A DNA stretch of 24,582 nt. Origin: a virus. Its lineage: Duplodnaviria > Caudoviricetes. A program made the position numbers and the translations under genes. Below the pieces are notes generated by a model. The model worked only from the letters and a program-made list of their open reading frames with translations. It did no database searches and was not told where the DNA came from. Below, piece by piece: positions 1 to 8,640 of this stretch (positions are counted from its first letter, which is position 1; each line of letters opens with the position of its first letter). The stretch lies in IMG/VR virus record IMGVR_UViG_3300017766_000724, positions 1-24,582 of that record; one strand, given 5' to 3'.

Positions 1-1796
1 GCATATAGTTGATGTGATTCAATAGCTTGAGTTCCAGTTAAGGTAACATTGTATGTATTTATCATCAAAGATGATATATCTGCTAAAGATGAATACATGA
101 ATTTATAATTTGGATGAATACCTGTATCTAAGACTGCGGATACTAGTATCCTACATGGCTCTTCTAAGAATCCACCAACTCCACCACCTACGATATCATC
201 ATTAGAATACTGTAAGTAATATGGTATATGTCTTAAATTATAAAATGTACAGCTTGAAAAGCTAAAGTCTGAGCTTGTTACTAAGCTATAGTCTACACTA
301 TGATTTTCATAAAATGCTAAAGGTACATCACTTAGTGTTAAAGATGATATAGTAGACCATAAAGGTCCAGCTACCTTGTTTTTAGCATAAAAATCTGATA
401 TAGCGTCTGGATTTCCTGATCCAGCAGTCCAATATAAAATTGGATATGCAACAGTTTTTAAATTATTATTAAAATCAGGTATAGGCCAATAAGGAGTAGA
501 GCCAATCGAACTTGGTGCTCCAGTCCACCATACTTTTTTAATATTTAGAGCAGGAGCTAGAGCAACTACTCCAGCAGGATGTAATGCACTAGGAGAGCCA
601 TCAATCATTCTAGATGCATAACTCGTTGCACATCCCCCACCCATTGAGAATCCAAAGAAATATATTCTTCTCTTATCTATAGGATAATGATTTACAAAAT
701 ACTGTAATATTTTATAGAAACTATCGAATGTTTGCTTACTATTCCAGTTTCTTAAAACATCTCCCCCATGATTATAAAGAGCACTTACTTCTGACTGATA
801 ACTAACCAGTTGAGAATTTGATAAGGAGCTTCCGTCAGATCCAAAAAACCCATAATTTGATAATGTTGCTGAGTTAGTTCCTATAGCCCCGTGTACAGCT
901 AAATAAAAACATCCTCGATCAAGAACATTGTCATATAAAGAAGATGGTCCTCTTGGAGGCGTTCCTTCTCTATATGATGAAGGAAATCTCCATTGACTTT
1001 GATTGCTTCCTAAACTGTGAAATGCTACTACTAGTGGGGCACCCTCATAATTGTATGAAGAAGGTATACCAAATTCGACAAAATCACCCTGATATGTGCC
1101 TGTCTTTATATCACCTAATCCACTAGTAAATTCAAAATAATAAAATTTCTTAGTACTTGGACCAATAAATCCTATATTACCATTTTCAATATCTTTTACT
1201 GAAATTTTCCAAAGAATAATTAAATCAAAATCGGAGTTTTTTTGAATAGGTTCAAAAGATTTATATGCAATAAGAATAGGTTGTTTCTTATTTGGGTATC
1301 CATCTGGATTATCCATAAATAGTCCTATTTCAGATATACTTTTACCATTAGCCATAGTCTTATCTAAGATTATTCTAGTGGAGAACCCATTTTGATTTAC
1401 TATTGATTTATTATTGCTATCAACTCCAATAAATGCTGCACTTGCAGTTGTATATGTTGGAGGATATATAAAGTTTCCTTCTACAGAAACAATATGGTCT
1501 AATACTGAAATTTCTTGAATACTATCATTTCCATAATCTGAAGCTTGTAAAGCAGAAGCTAAAGTATGAAAAGATTTGTTTGTATATGCAGTTGGAAAGT
1601 TTGAAGATAAATTACCTACCCCTGCTTGAAAATAAGAAATATTATAGTCTTCCAAATCCTTGGATCCATAAGCTGAAAAAAGATTAGTAAGCCCGTACCC
1701 TAATCCTTCAGCAATAGCATTTGTTGATTGATGTACAATCTGACAAAGACCATTGTCATATTGTTTTATTATTTCTACTTCACCTACAAATTTCAT
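1..1796 (-). CDS. 3'-truncated gene (>=598 aa): N-terminal fibre-anchor-like structural domain fused to an alpha/beta-hydrolase (serine esterase/peptidase-like)
   Basis: Not in the ORF track because it runs off the left edge. I translated it by hand from ATG 1796 (ATGA overlap with the upstream TGA) and found no stop down to position 3. It starts MKFVGEVEIIKQ. Motifs: SEIGLF...LIAYKSFEPIQKNSDFDLIILWKI (to ~aa 198), PLVVAFHSLG (~1008-1037), YPIDKRRIYFFGFSMGGG (Ser codon 645-647), LRHIPYYLQYSNDDIV (Asp codons 195-200), IESHQ (His codon 12-14). Confidence 0.88.
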   Translation of the reverse strand, partial: MKFVGEVEIIKQYDNGLCQIVHQSTNAIAEGLGYGLTNLFSAYGSKDLEDYNISYFQAGVGNLSSNFPTAYTNKSFHTLASALQASDYGNDSIQEISVLDHIVSVEGNFIYPPTYTTASAAFIGVDSNNKSIVNQNGFSTRIILDKTMANGKSISEIGLFMDNPDGYPNKKQPILIAYKSFEPIQKNSDFDLIILWKISVKDIENGNIGFIGPSTKKFYYFEFTSGLGDIKTGTYQGDFVEFGIPSSYNYEGAPLVVAFHSLGSNQSQWRFPSSYREGTPPRGPSSLYDNVLDRGCFYLAVHGAIGTNSATLSNYGFFGSDGSSLSNSQLVSYQSEVSALYNHGGDVLRNWNSKQTFDSFYKILQYFVNHYPIDKRRIYFFGFSMGGGCATSYASRMIDGSPSALHPAGVVALAPALNIKKVWWTGAPSSIGSTPYWPIPDFNNNLKTVAYPILYWTAGSGNPDAISDFYAKNKVAGPLWSTISSLTLSDVPLAFYENHSVDYSLVTSSDFSFSSCTFYNLRHIPYYLQYSNDDIVGGGVGGFLEEPCRILVSAVLDTGIHPNYKFMYSSLADISSLMINTYNVTLTGTQAIESHQLY

Positions 1797-2818
1797 ATAA
1801 AATATATTCTCCAGATAACGGTTATAGTTTGATGACTATTTAATCCAGCCCCAGAAATAGAATCCACTGTATAAGTTAAATTTCTATTAAATACTTTTTT
1901 ACAAAATAATTTATACTCTGTTTTTGGCTGTAAACTATCAAATATAAATGGAGGGGTTGAGCCATTTTTTAATGTTTTATTTATGTCTATACACCAAAGA
2001 CCTAGTATATTTATTCCTCCAAATAGGTTAACTAAGCTAATATCATCTAATCCTAAAGAAAACCTATAAGTTACTTCCCCTAAAGAACTAACATTGCTTG
2101 GTTCAGCACTAAGAGCTAAAGCCGCAGCAGCATTTTGAGATTCTTCCCTTTTTCTGACATATCCTCTCCAATCCATAGCAGAATAAAAATTAATATTACC
2201 GTTATATGTTGCTCTTTGAACAATCAATGTAGAACTAGGAGAAACTAGACGAATTCTATTAAATCCATATCCAGTGGGTTCTGGATAACATCCTAGCAAT
2301 GCAGCAGAAGAAATATCTAATGAGCTAAACATTGGAGTTGCAGAAAGACCTACTCTCCACAATCCAATAACATTTAAATTTTGACCAAAAGATCTAATTA
2401 GTTGTGCATCTACTGAAGAAGGTAAATGAGAATATACATCGTCAGAAAGTGTTTCTAAAGTTCTGTCTAATGGATCTGGATAGCTAGGTAAACTATTTTG
2501 AGGAATATAGCTAGATACAACAGAACCAGATGTTATAGCCTCAACTGTTAGTCTAGTAAGGTAAGCACTAACTGCTGACAAGTTATAAATTGAAGAACTG
2601 TGACAATTTGTTAAGAACGCTGCTGCATCTTTTCCAGTTGAATGTGCATAAATTGTGTAATTAGATGTATCTAATAAAGCTGAAGCAGTAGGTATATTCG
2701 CTAAACTAGGAGAAACGGTCATTATGTCTGCGAGTACTTCTGAACCAGAGTCAACTATTAGATTTTCTTCTCTAGAAATTAATAGATCTCCTTGATATAT
2801 TTCAACTACGCCTCTCAT
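1793..2818 (-). CDS. putative baseplate/tail-fibre attachment structural protein (341 aa)
   Basis: N-terminal MRGVVEIY...ENLIVDSG and C-terminal INILGLW...LFCKKVF...ITVIWRIYF pattern typical of phage proteins following the wedge genes. Coupled to both neighbours (TAATG and ATGA overlaps). Confidence 0.55.
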   Translation of the reverse strand: MRGVVEIYQGDLLISREENLIVDSGSEVLADIMTVSPSLANIPTASALLDTSNYTIYAHSTGKDAAAFLTNCHSSSIYNLSAVSAYLTRLTVEAITSGSVVSSYIPQNSLPSYPDPLDRTLETLSDDVYSHLPSSVDAQLIRSFGQNLNVIGLWRVGLSATPMFSSLDISSAALLGCYPEPTGYGFNRIRLVSPSSTLIVQRATYNGNINFYSAMDWRGYVRKREESQNAAAALALSAEPSNVSSLGEVTYRFSLGLDDISLVNLFGGINILGLWCIDINKTLKNGSTPPFIFDSLQPKTEYKLFCKKVFNRNLTYTVDSISGAGLNSHQTITVIWRIYFI

Positions 2819-5800
2819 TAGTTTACTAGCTCCATTGAAGATAAAATGAATGAACTAGTAGCTCCACCATTCCAGAAAGGAGACTCTCTATAATTTATCC
2901 TGCTTCCACCAGAGGTTCCATATGTTCCAGAAGTTATGAATACTCTTCTACTGGCCTTATCGTTTGCAATATCTTTCATATAGTGAAGTGCATAAAGAAG
3001 TAATTCAGGAGTATACTCTTCTGCATATTGTTTCATAGTCAAGTCAACTAAATTTACTTCATCAAATAATACATACTCATTATTAGAATTTTGTGGTATC
3101 TTAAAAATTTCAATTACATAGTTCTGATTTGTCTTGTGAACTTGATTAAAATCCTTAAAATACACTTGAGGTAACTCTATTACTTGATTTTTGGTATTAA
3201 ATTTTATAGTTAAAGTGTCAAACAATTGTTCTTGGAGATTTTCTAGAGTAAGTCTAGAAGCTGATTGTAATTCTTCATTATAGCATTGACCAGCATAACC
3301 GCTTACATATTCTAATGGTACTTCTCTAAATTGCTGTGTATGCGTGTGTACATAAGGCACTATATTTCCAAAAGATAATGTGGTTGGCAAAGTATATAGT
3401 TCCCATTTACCTTGAGTATTCAACGTCCATACCATACCATTTTGTGGCTCTGTATGAATCCATACTCCAATAGACCCACCACCCATATTTTCACCTGTTT
3501 CAAATCCAGCAAAGTATTTAACATTCAGTTCAAACTCATGTTCAGGTATTAAAATGTTAGAATTTGAACTAAGATGATAAATCATTCTTGGAAAACCGTT
3601 TACAGCTTTTTGTTTTATAAACGCATTTTCTATAGGAAATAAAGAATACCCAGCGGACTTCTTTTTATTACTAATCAAATAATAATTAAATTGATTATAC
3701 TGTGATGCACCAGAAGTGTGAACTAACTCTACATTGTCTAGTATATCTTTATTTCTAAATTCAGGACCAAAGCATACTCCTGTAGAAACTATATAAGTTC
3801 CATATGCAGAACCTCCGTACAAGCTCATTAATCCTGATCCACTATTATAATTTATAGCTGATCCCTCATTAAAAGAAGATGCAACTATTGATGGGTCTAA
3901 GTATAATGCAGAACCAAATTTATCAAATTTAGAGTTGTAAACCACAGATCCGTATACATGAGAGAATATATCTTTACCCCCACTAAGCTCTAAAGATTTT
4001 TTATTTATAACGTGTCTTCCGAATATCTTTGACCATGCATTATAGATTTTATGTACTCCTCTTCCAAATTTAAAATCTTCATATTGAGAATAAGAAGAAA
4101 TAGAGAAGCTAGAATTAGCTAAACTTGTAGGGACATCTTTGTAATAAGTAGCAGATCCGTACAATGTCCATCCAGCAGAGGTGTCTAAGTAATTTTCCCA
4201 ATAATCTATCTCTCTATTGTACAATATTTCATGTATCAAATAGAAAATTCTATTAGTATCATTTCTTAATACATTTTTTATAGTGCTGGATAACTCTATA
4301 GTACTCAATCCTCTAGAAGGATAAGTTGTACTTACCGTAACTCCACTGTATACTGATGAAGAATTTAGATTTTCACACTTGGAGTATATGGCAGGGATTG
4401 AGCTTATTACAGGGATCTCTACGAAAGCATTAGCCGAAGGGATATATCCAAGAGGCAGGTAGCCTAAATTAGATAGAGAATGCTCTGTAGTGGAAGGCTG
4501 TAAAGACAGGGGAGCATTAAATCCTGTTCTAGTGTATAACTCCTCTCTTGGAAGCACATAATGTAACGATCTTCTTCTTATACTATTTCTAGGTAAATTA
4601 GCTATAAAGCTGGACGCAGACATTACTGCATCATTAAAATCGTTTACTACGTTTCTTCCAAATGTCCTTCCTAAGGAGGACATATTTAAGCCAGAAGAAT
4701 AGAATCCCGGAACAACACCCGATCCGGGGAAATACTCAATTAATGAGTAGTTAAGTTCTAAATTTTGTTTTTCAGTATAGTCAGCATAATCATTTTCATC
4801 TGTAATTAAATTTATATCTGGAATTGAGTGTGCTGGAGTAAATAGGGTTACGGCTCTAATTGCTTCTTGCAAAGCAAGTGTAGAACTAGTGACTAGTGAT
4901 CTATTATCATAAATAAATGAAGATGAAAATAAATCTAAATTGAAATGAGATGAGTCAGCACTCCACAAACCTAAATAATCTATTCTGCTGTTCTCATAGT
5001 TAGATAAGATAGTATTATAATTAGGAGGAGTTTGTAATCCTGAATAAAAAAATAACCATCTATTGTCAACATGAATATAATCTTCTGATTCTAGCGTGTA
5101 AAAAAGAATAAAGTTCTTTAACTCATCAACAAAGGATTTAGATACATTGAAACATGAAATCCTGTCAATTATAACATCAATCATGTCAGATGTAATCTCT
5201 ACATCTTTGTAATAGTTTACTTCCTCAAAAGGAGGAATAGGGAATACTCTATCTCTATAACTAAATCTAAAATTAGGATCATTTAGATTCCAAGTGCTAT
5301 TACCTAGTTTAAAATTATCTGTAAATCTTGCTGCTATATCTAATAATATATAGTCTACGGCATAACGAATATTTTGATCTAGACTTTTTGTAGAGTAGTC
5401 ATTAACGCCTAATGATCTGGCTAATGTTACTGTCCAAGTATCAAAACTCTTGAATAAATCAGATTCAGTAGCCAGCGCATAGTAAATTAAGTTTGGTATG
5501 TAAGACTCATGAAGCTCTAATATGCTTCCAGAAAGATTCATGAAACTTTCTGAGAATATTGAATCAAGTGCTAACTGAAGCGATCTCTTTGTTCCCTTAG
5601 CTTTGTAAATACGAACCGCATTCTTAAGTTGTAATCTCCATCTATTTGTATCATAACCAAATAGATGCCATCCTAAGAGTTGAGCAAGATAGGGAAGATA
5701 CTCTTCAGGACATTTATCTATGTCATATAAAGTTTCTAATTTAGCTATTTCATTATCTATATCATGCTGTAAATATGATAAGGCTTTCAGGAACTTAAAT

Positions 5801-6615
5801 AACGGTCCTTTGCTTTCATAGTTTTCCAATATGCTTTCTGAAGATACATAATCCTCAAAAGCATCTTTGATATAGGTGCTATCGGAATTTAGATAATCAT
5901 CAGAGTAAACTACTTCTGTTAAAGTAAGTAGTTTATTTAGTTGTTGTGTTCCACTAGTATACGCTGTAGTTCCAGATAAGAATGTTTGAGGAACTAAGCC
6001 TAAGTTTTGAAGCACAGAACAAGCACCATAGTTATACCAAAGGTATGTCTCTAATCCTTTTATACCATCAACTAAAGTTAAAGACTTACCATAATATAGT
6101 TCTGTTAACTTATCTAAAACATATGAGGATGGAGAGTAATTAGTAGCACTAAAGTTCAATAAATAGAACCATCCTAGTCTATCTATTAAGTATTCGTGCG
6201 TTCCAGACGCTGTAGGTTGTAGTCCCGATACAGGTGTATTTAATCTGGAATTAGGTAAAAAGGTGCCGCTCAAGTACTGTTTAAAAGCAGCACTGGTAGC
6301 GAAGTTCCCAAAGTTTTGCCCGAGCGGCACCAGAATTTCGTCCTCAAAACCAAATGGTGTAATACTAGTTAACTTATTTTGAGGAATAAAGAAAGGATAT
6401 ATACCTGATAAGGTATTGATCGAAGAGTAGTTAGTAGTAGCAGAAACATTTATTATACTTGATATGTTTTTTGCTAATAGTAAATGAGTATTTACTAACT
6501 GATCTTCTAACTTGATTGATATACCTGAAGAAATAACCTCATCATCTAAATAGAATCGAGGAGTTATTATTTCAAAGACTTCTACTTTATTGTGTTTGAA
6601 ATAATTTTGAGCCAT
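2818..6615 (-). CDS. large baseplate wedge protein containing a P2 gpI-like (T4 gp7-equivalent) domain (1265 aa)
   Basis: Segment LYDIDKCPEEYLPYLAQLLGW...WRLQLKNAVRIYKAKGTKRSL and a later TPAH match the tail protein I pattern. It lies directly downstream of the J/gp6 gene. Confidence 0.75.
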   Translation of the reverse strand: MAQNYFKHNKVEVFEIITPRFYLDDEVISSGISIKLEDQLVNTHLLLAKNISSIINVSATTNYSSINTLSGIYPFFIPQNKLTSITPFGFEDEILVPLGQNFGNFATSAAFKQYLSGTFLPNSRLNTPVSGLQPTASGTHEYLIDRLGWFYLLNFSATNYSPSSYVLDKLTELYYGKSLTLVDGIKGLETYLWYNYGACSVLQNLGLVPQTFLSGTTAYTSGTQQLNKLLTLTEVVYSDDYLNSDSTYIKDAFEDYVSSESILENYESKGPLFKFLKALSYLQHDIDNEIAKLETLYDIDKCPEEYLPYLAQLLGWHLFGYDTNRWRLQLKNAVRIYKAKGTKRSLQLALDSIFSESFMNLSGSILELHESYIPNLIYYALATESDLFKSFDTWTVTLARSLGVNDYSTKSLDQNIRYAVDYILLDIAARFTDNFKLGNSTWNLNDPNFRFSYRDRVFPIPPFEEVNYYKDVEITSDMIDVIIDRISCFNVSKSFVDELKNFILFYTLESEDYIHVDNRWLFFYSGLQTPPNYNTILSNYENSRIDYLGLWSADSSHFNLDLFSSSFIYDNRSLVTSSTLALQEAIRAVTLFTPAHSIPDINLITDENDYADYTEKQNLELNYSLIEYFPGSGVVPGFYSSGLNMSSLGRTFGRNVVNDFNDAVMSASSFIANLPRNSIRRRSLHYVLPREELYTRTGFNAPLSLQPSTTEHSLSNLGYLPLGYIPSANAFVEIPVISSIPAIYSKCENLNSSSVYSGVTVSTTYPSRGLSTIELSSTIKNVLRNDTNRIFYLIHEILYNREIDYWENYLDTSAGWTLYGSATYYKDVPTSLANSSFSISSYSQYEDFKFGRGVHKIYNAWSKIFGRHVINKKSLELSGGKDIFSHVYGSVVYNSKFDKFGSALYLDPSIVASSFNEGSAINYNSGSGLMSLYGGSAYGTYIVSTGVCFGPEFRNKDILDNVELVHTSGASQYNQFNYYLISNKKKSAGYSLFPIENAFIKQKAVNGFPRMIYHLSSNSNILIPEHEFELNVKYFAGFETGENMGGGSIGVWIHTEPQNGMVWTLNTQGKWELYTLPTTLSFGNIVPYVHTHTQQFREVPLEYVSGYAGQCYNEELQSASRLTLENLQEQLFDTLTIKFNTKNQVIELPQVYFKDFNQVHKTNQNYVIEIFKIPQNSNNEYVLFDEVNLVDLTMKQYAEEYTPELLLYALHYMKDIANDKASRRVFITSGTYGTSGGSRINYRESPFWNGGATSSFILSSMELVN

Positions 6616-8189
6616 TAAACGTATACCATATTAATTGTAAAGTTATTTAGTTGAATAATTTCATTCATTTCAACTAATATGTCAGAATCTAAATTATCTA
6701 CAGTGCAAAATCTAACTTCATCTATCTTAAAAATTGTTCTATTTAGTTCTGATATATTTAATGATTTTCCAAAATCAAAATTATCTACATTGAAGAAATT
6801 AAGCAACTCTTCTTGAACTTTACCCTTTATTATTTCTTCTTTTGGCTTAAGCTCTCTATCTATTCTAACAGTCATTACTAAGTCTAAAGTTCTAATCAAT
6901 CCATCTACAATTACAACTTTTGTATTCATCAGCCTCTTAGGCTCTATAGCTTGTAGAAGATCTAATTTAAATGCGTTAGTAGCTTGTTGGAGTTGGGTGT
7001 TAGATGCTCTCTGTAGTAAATAAATATCCACGATATTAGCAGAGCCATGAGCAGTTCTTGTTACTGCTCTAGCCTTACCTGTAGCTCCTACAGAAGTGAC
7101 ATAGGTGTTAGCAAACGATGTAAAGTCCTCTAGAGTTACTAATCTATCTTGCTGCTTGAAAGTATAAGGGGCATATTTCTTTGCGTGCTCTACAGATTCA
7201 GCATCCTGACCACCAGTAGCAATAGAAATATTTTCTACTATTCCAGTATACCCTTCTGGTATTGTTATAGATGTATTTATAACTTCAGACTGTAAGTTTC
7301 CTCTAGTTCCACCACCTACTCTATAAGTAACAACGTATGAAGTATTTACTCCGGGGGAGCTTCCAAGAATACCATCACCAAATGTTACGGTAGCATTTAG
7401 GTTGTCATCATAATTAACTTCAAATATATTATCTCCTGCTCCTGAAGCAAAGAATAAGCTGTCAACATATCTCCAAGCACCAGAAAGACTGGCACCATCA
7501 GTTATGTAAACTTGAACACTGTTTTGAATAACAGGACTTTGTGATAATAATATTCTTTTAATTGTTTGTGAATCTGTAAAGCTTCCTGATTCTACTACTA
7601 ATGATCCTTCTAAGTATGCTAAGTTAGTCCATACTGAGCTAGTAGAAGAATCGCTCTCTGAAACTCCTAATGATAATGATGCATCTGAGCTTATGTCAGC
7701 AATATTTCCATTTACTACTTTATAAAGTGTATAGTTTAGCTGTCCTCCATCTTCAGGAGAAGAAATGGTTACAGTTCTTTGATTAGCAGGTATTGTAATT
7801 GTATTAACTAATGAAGGTGTATTGAGTGTTAATTTAGCATTAGCAGAAGCTCCTATTGGACCCTTCATCTTTACACCGATAAGCTCTAATAGCTTTTTGA
7901 CGTTATTTCTATTCTTGGCAGTTTTTAAATAAGCCTCTTGGGCTAACATATCTGCTTTTAATGAGTTGACTGCTGCACAGTATGCAGCTAACTCGATCAA
8001 CATCATGCCTAAGTCAGACTCTACAAAGTTTTGATACTCTAATGGATAGACTGCTTTGACATATTCTATTAATCTATCTCTAAAGGTAATGAAATCGGTT
8101 GCAGCAAAATCAATAAACTCAGATTTTTTATCATCTGGTATATTTACTAACTTTAAAAAATCTGAGGTTACTTGTCCTGTAAAAACCAT
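6615..8189 (-). CDS. baseplate wedge subunit (T4 gp6 / P2 gpJ-like, 524 aa)
   Basis: Motifs DFITFRDRL, NFVESDLGMMLIEL, EAYLKTA, VTFGDGILG, YRVGGGTRGN, GGQDAESVE and QDRLVTLEDF. It follows gp25. Confidence 0.92.
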   Translation of the reverse strand: MVFTGQVTSDFLKLVNIPDDKKSEFIDFAATDFITFRDRLIEYVKAVYPLEYQNFVESDLGMMLIELAAYCAAVNSLKADMLAQEAYLKTAKNRNNVKKLLELIGVKMKGPIGASANAKLTLNTPSLVNTITIPANQRTVTISSPEDGGQLNYTLYKVVNGNIADISSDASLSLGVSESDSSTSSVWTNLAYLEGSLVVESGSFTDSQTIKRILLSQSPVIQNSVQVYITDGASLSGAWRYVDSLFFASGAGDNIFEVNYDDNLNATVTFGDGILGSSPGVNTSYVVTYRVGGGTRGNLQSEVINTSITIPEGYTGIVENISIATGGQDAESVEHAKKYAPYTFKQQDRLVTLEDFTSFANTYVTSVGATGKARAVTRTAHGSANIVDIYLLQRASNTQLQQATNAFKLDLLQAIEPKRLMNTKVVIVDGLIRTLDLVMTVRIDRELKPKEEIIKGKVQEELLNFFNVDNFDFGKSLNISELNRTIFKIDEVRFCTVDNLDSDILVEMNEIIQLNNFTINMVYV

Positions 8190-8193
8190 TTAA

Positions 8194-8640
8194 CTATCCT
8201 ATATTTATTGTAGTCTCTATTAGAGAATTTGGAGAATCTTTTAATCTTACAACTAAAGTTATTAAAATTGCAGATACTCCCTCTAAATTAACTTCATTAG
8301 AACTAACAACTCTTAATGTTACTATCTCTACAGAAGGAAGATATCTTGTTATAGATGTAATTATTTCTTTTTTAATAGAATTAAAAGTATTTTCATCTAG
8401 TGGATCAAATAGGTATTTTTTTAAGTTACATCCATAGTTTGGTAACATAACTCTTTCACCTGTTTCAGTTTTAAGAATCTGAGTTAAATTACCTCTTATT
8501 AATGCATCCCCAGTTTGTTTGGAGAAATAACCCCTACCACTACCTATTGGGTATCTTAAACCATAGGTTTTGGGTTCTATGACTTTAATGTCATTTTTAA
8601 TTTTATTAGATGTGAGTTTTCCGTAAACTGTAACAGCCAT
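8194..8640 (-). CDS. baseplate wedge / sheath initiator, gp25 (gpW)-like (148 aa)
   Basis: LTQILKTETGERVMLPNYGCNLKKYLFDP...ITRYLP is the gp25/gpW family signature. Confidence 0.93.
   Translation of the reverse strand: MAVTVYGKLTSNKIKNDIKVIEPKTYGLRYPIGSGRGYFSKQTGDALIRGNLTQILKTETGERVMLPNYGCNLKKYLFDPLDENTFNSIKKEIITSITRYLPSVEIVTLRVVSSNEVNLEGVSAILITLVVRLKDSPNSLIETTINIG

Noticed and set aside
944-1126. 60-aa plus-strand ORF in the track
   Set aside because: Antisense shadow inside the 598+ codon hydrolase-fusion gene.
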